Of a stretch of 64,000 bases of DNA, positions 9,635 through 20,655 are shown piece by piece. The notes under the pieces are model-generated. The model was not told where the DNA came from, searched no databases, and was given only the letters and a program-made list of their open reading frames with translations. This DNA comes from Gemmatimonadota bacterium (GTDB lineage: Bacteria; Gemmatimonadota; Gemmatimonadetes; Gemmatimonadales; Gemmatimonadaceae), in the NCBI GenBank assembly GCA_016714015.1, contig JADJNZ010000009.1, positions 56,321 through 120,320 on the forward strand, in the 5' to 3' direction. Numbering within the stretch: the first letter of the stretch is position 1; each line of letters opens with the position of its first letter. A program made the position numbers and the translations under genes.

Positions 9635-10809
9635 TCGGCGCGTCCACCGGCGAGCGCCGCTCCGCGATCATCTTCCGCAAGCGGATCCTGCCGTGGAGCG
9701 AGACCTTCATCGCCGCGCAGTCGGGGGCGATGACGCGCCACGCGCCGGTGCTCGTCGGCTACTCGCGCGACCCGAGCGGTGCGGCGTACCTCGTGGGCCG
9801 TCCGCAGCTGCTGCTCGACGAGCACAGCCTCTTCCCTGCGCTCGAGAAGTTCCTGCTCAAGAGCGCCGGCCGCGCACCGCGCCGCTGGTTGCGCGCCATC
9901 GCCGAGACGCGGCCGGTGGTGCTGCACGCGCACTTCGGGTCGAGCGCGCTCCCCGCGAGCCGCATCGCGAAGGCGCTCGGGATCCCGCTCGTGGTGACCT
10001 ACCACGGGATGGATATCACCGTGCGCGCGAAGACCGAGGCCGAGGCCGCGCGCCGGCGCGCCGCGTTCGCCGCGGCCGACCGCGTGATCGCCGTCTCGCG
10101 GTTCATCCGTGACGCGTTGCTCGCCGCGGGATGCCCGGCCGAACGGATCACGCTGCACTACATCGGCGTGGACACGACGAAGTTCACGCCGGCGACCGCG
10201 CCGCGCTCGGCGACGGAGGTGCTGTTCGTGGGGCGGCTGGTGGCCAAGAAGGGCGTGATCCATCTCGTCCGCGCGATGGCCGCCGTACGGAAGGCGATCC
10301 CTGCCGCCGAGCTGGTGATCGCCGGCGACGGCCCGTTGCGCGACGGCCTCGCGACGGAGGCCGCGCAGCTCGGCGTGCCCGCGCGGTTCCTCGGAGTGCA
10401 GACGCCGGCCCAGGTGCAGGACCTCATGCGCCGCGCCGCCGTGCTCGCCGGTCCGTCGATCGCCGACGACCGCGGCAACGCCGAAGGGTTGCCCATCACC
10501 TTCCTCGAAGCGCAGGCGAGCGGGCTGCCGCTCGTCGTGTCCACGTCCGGCGGAACGGGGGAGGGTGTCGTCCACGGCGAGACGGGGTATCTCTTCTCGC
10601 CCGGCGACGAGACCGCCCTCGCCGCGCACCTCACCGCGTTGCTCGCGGATGCGGCGCTGCGCGAGCGGATGAGCCGCGCCGCGCGGGCGCACATGGAAGC
10701 ACACTTCGACCTCGCGCGGCAGACGGCGGCGCTCGAAGCGATCTACGACGATGTCCGGACCCACCACGACGTACGGACCCGCCACGACGTACGGACCCAC
10801 GCCCCCTGA
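9631..10809 (+). CDS. Glycosyltransferase family 4
   Basis: HAHFG, VGRLVAKKG, EGLPITFLEAQASG. Confidence 0.92.
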   Translation: MIGASTGERRSAIIFRKRILPWSETFIAAQSGAMTRHAPVLVGYSRDPSGAAYLVGRPQLLLDEHSLFPALEKFLLKSAGRAPRRWLRAIAETRPVVLHAHFGSSALPASRIAKALGIPLVVTYHGMDITVRAKTEAEAARRRAAFAAADRVIAVSRFIRDALLAAGCPAERITLHYIGVDTTKFTPATAPRSATEVLFVGRLVAKKGVIHLVRAMAAVRKAIPAAELVIAGDGPLRDGLATEAAQLGVPARFLGVQTPAQVQDLMRRAAVLAGPSIADDRGNAEGLPITFLEAQASGLPLVVSTSGGTGEGVVHGETGYLFSPGDETALAAHLTALLADAALRERMSRAARAHMEAHFDLARQTAALEAIYDDVRTHHDVRTRHDVRTHAP

Positions 10810-10822
10810 CCCACGCCCCCTG
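10750..10822 (+). repeat. Three 18-bp tandem units plus two 14-bp units spanning the GT4 stop
   Basis: gacgtacggacccgccac-type units (DVRTHH/DVRTRH/DVRTHA); acccacgccccctg twice. Confidence 0.85.
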
Positions 10823-10839
10823 ACCGGAGTGCACGACCG

Positions 10840-12000
10840 ATGATGGACTCGACCACGCACGGGATGTCCCGCCCACTCGCGGGCGCGATGCTCGCCGCCG
10901 CCCTCCTCGGCGGCGCGGATGTCGCGACGGCTCAGGACCCTTATCGTCCGCTCCGCGTGGGGCAGCCGGTGACGGCGACCCTCGCCGAGTCGGATCCGCG
11001 CTACGGGCAGCGCGGCCGCTTCCACGCCTACAAGCTCGAGGCGAAGGCGGGCCAGCGCTTCGAGGTCACGATGTCCTCGGACGACGTGGACTCGTACGTG
11101 TGGGTCGCGCGGTTCGTGAGCGGCCTCACCGAGGAGTTCGCCGCGGACGACGACGGCAGCGGCAACACCAATGCGCGACTCCGCTTCCGCGCCGCGACCG
11201 CGGGGACCTACGTGGTGGTCGCGCAGTCGCTCGACGCCGCGGCGAAGGGCGCGTACGAGCTGCGGGTGACCGAGCTCCCGCCGGCCCCCGTGGCGACGGC
11301 GATCGCGCTGCAGGTGGGCCAGGCGCGCGAGGGGGCGCTCGATGATCGCAGCCCCATCCTCGACGAGGGACCGGGCGAGACGCGCTACCAGCTCTACACC
11401 TTCTCGGCGCGCGGCCAGCGCGTGCGCGTGACGGTGCGCTCGGGCGCGTTCGACGCGATGGTGCGCGTGACGAAGGTGACGACGGGAGGGGAGGAGGAGG
11501 TCGGGACCGACGACGACAGCGGCGGCGGCTCCGACGCGCAGCTCATCCTCACGGCCAACGGCGACTATCGCGTCTACGCGCGGCCGCTCGAGAGCGAGAA
11601 GACGGGACCGTTCACCGTCTCGGTGAGCGAAGTGGTCGTGCAGCCGGTGACGACGCGGCCCCTGCCGCTCGGCCAGACGACCGAGGCGTCGCTGACCGCG
11701 GACGATCCGTCGCTCGAGGACGGACGGCAGTTCCACCAGTACGCGATCACCGGCCGCCCGGGCGAGCGGTTCGTGATCACGATGCGGTCCACGGACTTCG
11801 ACGCCTTCCTCGACTGGGGAAGCCTGTCGAACAACGTCTTCGAATCCTCGGCGACGGACGACGACAGCGCGGGCGAGACGAACGCGCGGCTCGAGATCAC
11901 GCTGCCGGCGGACGGGACGTTCGTGCTGCGGGCGATGGGGCTGGAGAGGGGGAAGCTCGGGGCGTACACGATCGCGCTCGAGCGGCGGATGTCGAAGTGA
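10840..12000 (+). CDS. Secreted protein with three PPC (pre-peptidase C-terminal) beta-sandwich repeats
   Basis: Signal peptide; repeated DDDGSGN/DDDSGGG/DDDSAGE..NARL motifs. Confidence 0.85.
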   Translation: MMDSTTHGMSRPLAGAMLAAALLGGADVATAQDPYRPLRVGQPVTATLAESDPRYGQRGRFHAYKLEAKAGQRFEVTMSSDDVDSYVWVARFVSGLTEEFAADDDGSGNTNARLRFRAATAGTYVVVAQSLDAAAKGAYELRVTELPPAPVATAIALQVGQAREGALDDRSPILDEGPGETRYQLYTFSARGQRVRVTVRSGAFDAMVRVTKVTTGGEEEVGTDDDSGGGSDAQLILTANGDYRVYARPLESEKTGPFTVSVSEVVVQPVTTRPLPLGQTTEASLTADDPSLEDGRQFHQYAITGRPGERFVITMRSTDFDAFLDWGSLSNNVFESSATDDDSAGETNARLEITLPADGTFVLRAMGLERGKLGAYTIALERRMSK

Positions 12001-12010
12001 CGGGGCGATG

Positions 12011-12105
12011 TGAGTTGTGAGTTGTGAGTGGTGAGTTCGAACGGCGATGCGGGATTCGTGACCCCGCATCGCCGTTCGAACTCACCACTCACAACTTACA
12101 GCTCA
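12011..12105. terminator. Long palindrome between convergent genes, probable bidirectional terminator or REP-like element
   Basis: Perfect 34-bp arms 12020-12053 and 12063-12096 with a 9-nt loop; built of GTGAGTT-type heptamers. Confidence 0.75.
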
Positions 12106-12141
12106 CCACTCGTCGTTCACCGCGAATCCCGCACCCCGCGA

Positions 12142-13941
<1,800 letters not shown>

Positions 13942-14007
13942 GGCGGCGGGTGCGGAGGGGGCTAGCCTTGAAAGCTAGTCGGGGGTCGGAGTCGGTCCAA
14001 GCCTTTG

Positions 14008-14372
14008 AACGGCAACGGCTTTCACCACAGAGGGCACAGAGGGCACAGAGAACGGCGGAGAACGGCAACGGCTTTCACCACAGAGGGCACAGAGGGCACA
14101 GAGAACGGCGGAGAACGGCAACCGCTCTACGGCAGGGGCTGTTCGGCAGGGGCTGTTCGGCAGGGGCTGTACGGCAGGGACTGTACGGCGGGGCTGCACG
14201 GTAGCCGCACGAAGACGACCACTCTCGGCGCCGTCCGCCCCTTTGCCCCATCCCCCCCATGCCCCCCGGTGCCCCTCTGTCCCCCTGACCCTGCGCCCCG
14301 TCTTGAACCGCAGCCCGATGCCTCTCTCCGCCGTTCTCTGTGCCCTCTGTGCCCTCTGTGGTGAACGCCGTT
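14008..14372. repeat. Composite intergenic repeat element, copy 1 (MITE/REP-like)
   Basis: 53-bp tandem duplication 14008-14113; 14-bp ggcaggggctgt(t/a)c units 14131-14199; perfect 40-bp inverted copy 14326-14365. Confidence 0.85.
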
Positions 14373-14457
14373 CGCCCGTGCCGTGTCAAAGACCCGAACG
14401 CCCGGACCAACCCGAGCGTATCCTTCCACGGCGGCACCACTTAGCTTCCCCCTTCGC

Positions 14458-15378
14458 ATGACCGCACCGGCAACGCAGTCCGTCCGGGCTGACCTGATGG
14501 ATCCACAGACCCTCGCGGCCCTCGGGCGCCTCGAGGTCGTCTCGCGTTGGCTGGTGGACGGCCTCCTCGCCGGCCTCCACCGGTCGCCCAAGAAGGGATT
14601 CTCCGTCGAGTTCGCCGAGCACCGCTCCTACCAGCCCGGCGACGACCTCCGCTTCATGGACTGGAAGGTCGCCGCCCGCGCCGACAAGTGGCTCATCAAG
14701 CAGTACGAGGAGGAGACCAACGTCCGCGCGACGGTCGTCGTGGATGTCTCCAAGTCGATGGACTGGCGCAGCCGGCCGAACCTCCTCACCAAGCTCGCGT
14801 ACGCCGAGCGCCTCGCCGCGGCCCTCACGCTGCTCCTCATCCGCCAGCGCGACTCCGTCGGGCTCATCCGCTTTGATGAGCAGCTCCGCTCGGTGATCCC
14901 GCCGCGTTCACGCTCGGTGCAGTGGAAGCGCATCCTCTCGGCCCTCGCCGAGCCGGGCTCGGGGCAGGGCTCCGATGCGGCGGGCGCGCTCTCGCAGGCG
15001 GGGAAGCTCATCAAGCGGCGCGGCATCGTCATCCTCATCTCCGACCTGCTGCTCGACGCGCAGGAGGTGGACGACACCGTCCACGCGCTCCGCGCGCAGG
15101 GGCACGACATCACGGTGCTGCACGTGATGGATCCCGCCGAACGGAAGTTCGACGTGCAGGCCGGCGAGGCGCTCTTCGTCGATCCGGAACGCGGCGACTC
15201 GCTCGCCGTCACGCCGGCCGATGTGCGGGAACTCTACCAGAGCACCGTCGCCGAGGCGATCGACGAGTGGCGCGCGCGGTTCGCCGCGGCCGGCGCGTTC
15301 TACGAGCCGATCATGACCGACCAGCCCTTTGGCGTGCCGCTCCGCCGCGCCTTCGCCGCCCGCCAGCGCCTCTCGTGA
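14458..15378 (+). CDS. DUF58 domain protein (MoxR/VWA-associated)
   Basis: GLHRSPKKGFSVEFAEHRSYQPGDDLRFMDWK, EEETN, LISDL. Confidence 0.92.
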   Translation: MTAPATQSVRADLMDPQTLAALGRLEVVSRWLVDGLLAGLHRSPKKGFSVEFAEHRSYQPGDDLRFMDWKVAARADKWLIKQYEEETNVRATVVVDVSKSMDWRSRPNLLTKLAYAERLAAALTLLLIRQRDSVGLIRFDEQLRSVIPPRSRSVQWKRILSALAEPGSGQGSDAAGALSQAGKLIKRRGIVILISDLLLDAQEVDDTVHALRAQGHDITVLHVMDPAERKFDVQAGEALFVDPERGDSLAVTPADVRELYQSTVAEAIDEWRARFAAAGAFYEPIMTDQPFGVPLRRAFAARQRLS

Positions 15379-17186
15379 GTTTCCTCGCCCCGTGGGCGCT
15401 CCTGCTCGCCGTCGCGGCGGGCGTGCCGCTCCTGCTCCATCTCCTCCGCCGGCGGTCGGGCGACAAGCTCGACTTCCCGGCGGTGCGCTACCTGCTGCGC
15501 ATGGAGCGCGAGCACGCGCGCGAGGTGCGGCTCAAGAACATGCTGCTGATGGTGCTGCGCATCGCGATCGTCGTCGCGCTCGCGCTCGCGGCGGCGCGTC
15601 CGGTGGGCTGGCTCCCGGGGGTGGGGCACGCGCCGAGCGCGGTGGCGATCGTCCTCGACAACTCGCTCTCCTCCGCGGCCGCGGGCGCCGAAGGGCAGAT
15701 GCTCGCGCGCCTCGTCGCGGCCGCGGGCGGCATCATCGACGGCTCGGCCTCCGGCGACCGGCTCTGGCTCATCACGATGGACGGCGCCGTGGTCGGCGGG
15801 GACAAGGGCACGCTCCGCGCCGCGCTCAGCGGCGTGCGCGCCCTCGACGGCGCGGGGGATGCCGGGGCGGCGCTGCGACGCGGCACGGCACTCGTGAAGG
15901 AGAGCGGCATCCCGTCGCGGCACGTCGTCGTGCTCACCGATGCGCAGCGCACGAGTTGGGAAGGCGTCGTCCCGCCGGCCGACGCCGAGGTGCCGGTCGC
16001 GCTCATCGCGCCGGGCGGGACGGTGGGGCTCAATCGCGCGGTGATCGCCGTCGCGACCGAGCCGCAGCACTGGGACCCGCGCGGCACGGTGCGCGCGACG
16101 GTCGCCGGCAACGACTCCGCGAGCTGGCGCGTGGTGCTCGACGGCCGGACGCTCGCGCGCGGGACCGCGCAGCCCGGCGCGACGGTCCTCGCCCGCGTGC
16201 AGCCCCCGTCGCGCGGCTGGGTGGCCGGCACGGTCGAGCTCGCGCCCGACGAACTCCGCGGTGACGACACGCGGCACTTCGCCGCGCATGTGGGCGAGCC
16301 GCCCGCGGTGAACGCCGACCCCGCGAGCGGTCCGTTCCTGCGGGGCGCGGTCGATGCGCTCGTCAACGGCGGACGCGCCCGCCGCGGCGACGGCGTGCTC
16401 CTCGCGAGCGCCGAACGCGCGCGCACGCCGGCGCTGCTCTTCGCGCCGGCCGATCCGGTGCGCGTGCCCGATGCCAATCGCGCGCTCGAGCGCGCCGGCA
16501 TCCCCTGGCGGTTCGGCGTGCGCCGCGACGGGCCCGCGCCCCTGCGCGGTTCCGGCGTCGATGGTGCCGTCGCCAAGTCGTGGCATGTCCTCGAGGCCGC
16601 GGGCGACGTGAGCAAGGCCGACACCATCGCGCGCGTCGGCGGCGCGCCCTGGGCGGTCGCGGGTGAGGGCTACGTCCTCGTCGCCTCCGCCGCCGTCGCC
16701 GATGCGACCGACCTGCCGGTGAAGGCGAGCTTCCTCCCCTGGCTCGACGGCCTGCTGGCCCAGCGGCTCACCGCGGGCACGGCAGGCGTGACCGAGAGCG
16801 CACCGGGACGACCGGTCCGCGTGCCCGCGCTCGCCGATGCGCTCGAGGCGCCCGACGGGAGCGCGGTCACCGTCGTGCCCGGCGCCACCCGCGAAGCCCC
16901 GTGGACCGCCGGCGTGCACTTCTGGCGCCGCGGTGCCGAGCGGGTCGGCGCGCTCGTGGTGAACGCCGACGCGTCGGAGAGCGACCTCGCGCGCCTTCCC
17001 GCCGACTCGCTCGCCACGCGGCTCGGCGCCACCGTCGCGAGTGCCGATCCGAGTGCCGCCGCCCGCGCCGCCTTTGCCGCCGGCGGCGCGCGAGCGCTCG
17101 CCCGCACGTTCCTCCTGCTCGCGCTCGTGCTGCTCGTCGCGGAGACGCTCGTCGCCCGCCGCGGTCAGGCCAAGTCCGAGGACTGA
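15375..17186 (+). CDS. BatA (aerotolerance N-terminal) plus VWA-domain membrane protein
   Basis: FLAPWALL..PLLLHLLRRR..FPAVRYL, VLDNSLS MIDAS-like, VVLTDAQ. Confidence 0.85.
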   Translation: MSFLAPWALLLAVAAGVPLLLHLLRRRSGDKLDFPAVRYLLRMEREHAREVRLKNMLLMVLRIAIVVALALAAARPVGWLPGVGHAPSAVAIVLDNSLSSAAAGAEGQMLARLVAAAGGIIDGSASGDRLWLITMDGAVVGGDKGTLRAALSGVRALDGAGDAGAALRRGTALVKESGIPSRHVVVLTDAQRTSWEGVVPPADAEVPVALIAPGGTVGLNRAVIAVATEPQHWDPRGTVRATVAGNDSASWRVVLDGRTLARGTAQPGATVLARVQPPSRGWVAGTVELAPDELRGDDTRHFAAHVGEPPAVNADPASGPFLRGAVDALVNGGRARRGDGVLLASAERARTPALLFAPADPVRVPDANRALERAGIPWRFGVRRDGPAPLRGSGVDGAVAKSWHVLEAAGDVSKADTIARVGGAPWAVAGEGYVLVASAAVADATDLPVKASFLPWLDGLLAQRLTAGTAGVTESAPGRPVRVPALADALEAPDGSAVTVVPGATREAPWTAGVHFWRRGAERVGALVVNADASESDLARLPADSLATRLGATVASADPSAAARAAFAAGGARALARTFLLLALVLLVAETLVARRGQAKSED

Positions 17187-20100
17187 TGGCCCTCCCGATC
17201 CTGATGGAGCGCCTCGCGGCGCTCAGCGCCTTCACCGCGCTCACCCGCGCGCTGCCGGCGCAGGGCGGGCGCGTGGGCGTCACCGGGCTCGCCGGCTCCG
17301 CCGACGCGGTGCTCCTCGCGACGCTCGCCGCGCAGCAGCCCAACCGGCTCTTCGTCGTCATCGCCGACCAGCTCCCCGAAGCCGAACGGTGGCTCGCCGA
17401 CGTGCAGAGCGTGCTGGGGGATGTGGGGATCAAGCTCTATCCGCCGCGCGAAGGGTTCGGCGAGGTGGAGCCCCACGCCGAGGTCGCGGGCGAGCGGGTG
17501 GAGACGCTCGAGGCGCTCGCGCGCGGCGCGGTGCGCGTGCTCATCACCACCGCGCGCGCGGTGCAGGAGCGGACGCGCCTCCCGCGCGCCCTCGCCGATG
17601 CGCGGCTCGAGCTGCGCCGCGGCGACGTGCGGCGGCTCGAGGACCTCACGGCGCACCTCGACGCCGTGGGCTTCGAGCGGGTGCAGCTGGTGGAGGACGT
17701 CGCGCAGTACAGCGTGCGCGGCGGCATCCTCGACGTCTACGGCTTCGGCATGAGCGAGCCGGTGCGCCTCGAGTTCTGGGGCGACGAGCTCACCGAGATC
17801 CGCCGCTTCGACGTGGCGACGCAGCGGATGCTCGCCAGCGCCGACCAGGTGCTGATCCTCCCGGTGGACGTGAAGGGCGAGGCGGCCGAGCTGCGCTACG
17901 AGCGCGCGACGCTCGCCGAGCTCTGGCCGGAGGGCTCGCTCGTCGTGATCCCCGCGGGCGTCGCGATCCGCCCGGAGCTGCAGCGCACCTGGGACGAGGC
18001 CGATCATCACGCCCAGCTCGCGCGGCGTCGCGGCGAGGACGTCCCGTCGCGCGACGAGCTCCTCCAGTCGCCGCACGACACGATGCGCGCGATCGATGCC
18101 TTCCCGTCGCTCGAGGTGATCGGCGCGGGGACGGCGCGGGCGCGCGAGGCGGGATTGAGTCCCGCCGCTGCGGCCGAGCTCCCCGACGCCGTCGCCGACG
18201 GCGCCGCGGCCGCCGAGGCGCACGCCGCCGCCGAGGAGGCGATGCAGGCGATGGGCCGCATCAAGCGGCCGCACGAGATCGTGCAGTTCCCGCTCCGCGC
18301 CCCCGAACCCGTGGAGCGCGACATCGCGCGCCTGAGCGCGATGACGCGCGACGGGACGCAGACGATCATCCTCTGCGACAACACCGGGCAGGCCGAGCGC
18401 CTCGAGGAGCTGCTCGACGCGCGCGGCGAAGGGCGCTCGCCCGCGGCGCTCGTCATCGGCGTGCTGGCCGGCGGCTTCCTCATCCCGCCGCGCGGGACGC
18501 CGGCCGGGCTCCGCGTCCTCACCGACCACGAGATCTTCCGGCGCGAGCGCCGCATCCGCCGCAGCCGCAAGTACGCGACCGGCACCGCGCTCGAGCAGGT
18601 CACCGCGCTCAAGCCGGGCGACTTCGTCGTGCACCTCGACCACGGCGTCGGCATCTACCGCGGCATGACGACCGTCTTCCACGGCGAGGCGACGATCGAG
18701 GTCGCGGTGATCGAGTACGAGGGCGGTGACCGCCTGAACGTGCCGCTCTACCGTCTGGACCAGGTGGAGAAGTACCGCGCCGCCGGCGATGTCGCCGACG
18801 ACCTCCCGCCGCCCCTTCTCCACAAGCTCGGCGGCAAGAAGTGGAGCGCGCAGAAGGAACGGACGCGCTCGGCGATCCACGAGATGACGGCCGAGCTGCT
18901 CGCGCTCTACGCGGGGCGCCGCATCGCGAGCCGCCCGCCGCATCATCCCGACGGGGCCTGGCAGAAGCAGCTCGAGAGCTCGTTCCTGTTCGAGGACACG
19001 CCCGACCAGCGCAAGGCGACCGCCGACGTCAAGCAGGACATGGAAGGCGCGAAGCCGATGGACCGGCTCCTCGTCGGCGACGTGGGCTACGGCAAGACCG
19101 AGATCGCCGTGCGCGCCGCGTTCAAGGCGATCCAGAGCGGCCGGCAGGTCGCGGTGCTCGTGCCCACGACGGTGCTCGCCGAGCAGCATGCGCGCACCTT
19201 CGGCGACCGCTTCGCCGATTTCCCGGTGCGCATCGCGGTGATGAGCCGCTTCCAGACCAAGAAGGAGCAGGACGCGGCGCTGGTGGAGCTCGCGAAGGGC
19301 ACGGTCGACGTCGTCATCGGCACGCACCGCCTGCTGAGCCCCGACGTCAAGTTCGAGCGGCTGGGGCTCATCATCGTGGACGAGGAGCACCGCTTCGGCG
19401 TGAAGCACAAGGAGCGGCTCAAGCAGCTCAAGCTCGAGACCGACGTGCTCACGCTCACCGCGACGCCCATCCCGCGCACGCTGCACCAGTCGCTCGCGGG
19501 GCTGCGCGACATGACGCTCATGCAGACGCCGCCGCGCGACCGCTCGCCGGTGCTCACCTTCCTCGAGCCCTGGGACGACGGGCTGATCGAGGAGGGGATC
19601 TCGCGCGAGCTCGACCGCGGCGGGCAGGTCTTCTTCGTGCACAACCGCATCGAGACCATCCTCGCGATCGCCGACCACATCAAGCGCGTCGTGCCGCGGG
19701 CGCGCGTGGGGGTGGGGCACGGGCAGATGAAGGAGCGCGAGCTGGAGCAGGTGATGAAGCAGTTCGTGAGCGGCGAGCTCGACGTGCTCGTGAGCACGCT
19801 CATCGTCGAGAGCGGCATCGACGTGCCCAATGCCAACACGATGTTCGTCAACCGCGCCGACCGGCTCGGGCTCGCCCAGCTCTACCAGCTGCGCGGCCGC
19901 GTGGGGCGCTCGCATCGCCGCGCCTACTGCTACCTGATCGTCCCCGAGAACACCGATGAGGACGCCGAGCGCCGGCTGCGCGTGCTCGAGCACCACACGG
20001 AGCTCGGCGCGGGGTACCGCGTGGCGCTCAAGGACATGGAGCTGCGCGGGGCGGGGAACCTCCTCGGCCCCGAGCAGTCGGGGTTCGTGCACGCCGTGGG

Positions 20101-20620
20101 GTTCGACCTCTACCTGCGGCTCCTCGACGAGGCGGTCACGCGGCTCATGCGCGGGGACGCGCCGCCGCCACCGCCCCCGACCGACGTCACGCTCGACCTG
20201 CCGTCGTACCTGCCGGACGACTACATCGCCGCCCCCGAGGTGAAGCTGGACCTCTACCGGCGGCTCGGGGCCGCCCGGGTGGTGGACCAGGTGGACGAAC
20301 TGCGGGACGAGGTCCGGGACCGGTTCGGCCCCCTGCCGTCGCCCGCCGACGCCTACTTCGCCGTGGCCCGGCTCCGGCTCCTCGGCGCCCCCCTCGGGGC
20401 GGAGGGGATTCTGGTGCATGGGAACGAGGCCCGTGTTAACTTCCGGGCCGACGCGGTCCCGCGTCTGAAGCCGCTCGCGGCCGCCTTCCGGGACGTGCAG
20501 TTCCAGGTGGATGTGCGTCGCGTCCAGCCCCTGTCATTGAAGCTCACGCGCCTCGGCGGCGCGTCGCTCCTGGACGGCCTCGTCCGGGCGCTGCGAACGA
20601 TTTCGCCCGACGCACGGTAG
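17186..20620 (+). CDS. mfd: Transcription-repair coupling factor
   Basis: VHLDHGVGIY, MDRLLVGDVGYGKTE, IVDEEHRFGV, QLRGRVGRS. Confidence 0.98.
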   Translation: MALPILMERLAALSAFTALTRALPAQGGRVGVTGLAGSADAVLLATLAAQQPNRLFVVIADQLPEAERWLADVQSVLGDVGIKLYPPREGFGEVEPHAEVAGERVETLEALARGAVRVLITTARAVQERTRLPRALADARLELRRGDVRRLEDLTAHLDAVGFERVQLVEDVAQYSVRGGILDVYGFGMSEPVRLEFWGDELTEIRRFDVATQRMLASADQVLILPVDVKGEAAELRYERATLAELWPEGSLVVIPAGVAIRPELQRTWDEADHHAQLARRRGEDVPSRDELLQSPHDTMRAIDAFPSLEVIGAGTARAREAGLSPAAAAELPDAVADGAAAAEAHAAAEEAMQAMGRIKRPHEIVQFPLRAPEPVERDIARLSAMTRDGTQTIILCDNTGQAERLEELLDARGEGRSPAALVIGVLAGGFLIPPRGTPAGLRVLTDHEIFRRERRIRRSRKYATGTALEQVTALKPGDFVVHLDHGVGIYRGMTTVFHGEATIEVAVIEYEGGDRLNVPLYRLDQVEKYRAAGDVADDLPPPLLHKLGGKKWSAQKERTRSAIHEMTAELLALYAGRRIASRPPHHPDGAWQKQLESSFLFEDTPDQRKATADVKQDMEGAKPMDRLLVGDVGYGKTEIAVRAAFKAIQSGRQVAVLVPTTVLAEQHARTFGDRFADFPVRIAVMSRFQTKKEQDAALVELAKGTVDVVIGTHRLLSPDVKFERLGLIIVDEEHRFGVKHKERLKQLKLETDVLTLTATPIPRTLHQSLAGLRDMTLMQTPPRDRSPVLTFLEPWDDGLIEEGISRELDRGGQVFFVHNRIETILAIADHIKRVVPRARVGVGHGQMKERELEQVMKQFVSGELDVLVSTLIVESGIDVPNANTMFVNRADRLGLAQLYQLRGRVGRSHRRAYCYLIVPENTDEDAERRLRVLEHHTELGAGYRVALKDMELRGAGNLLGPEQSGFVHAVGFDLYLRLLDEAVTRLMRGDAPPPPPPTDVTLDLPSYLPDDYIAAPEVKLDLYRRLGAARVVDQVDELRDEVRDRFGPLPSPADAYFAVARLRLLGAPLGAEGILVHGNEARVNFRADAVPRLKPLAAAFRDVQFQVDVRRVQPLSLKLTRLGGASLLDGLVRALRTISPDAR

Positions 20621-20655
20621 AAGGACCTCTGCGGCACTCTTCCCCTCATTCGCTC

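Noticed and set aside
10750-10822. GT4 C-terminal tandem repeats as a phase-variation switch
   Set aside because: 18-bp units keep the frame and lie at the extreme C-terminus; more likely slippage
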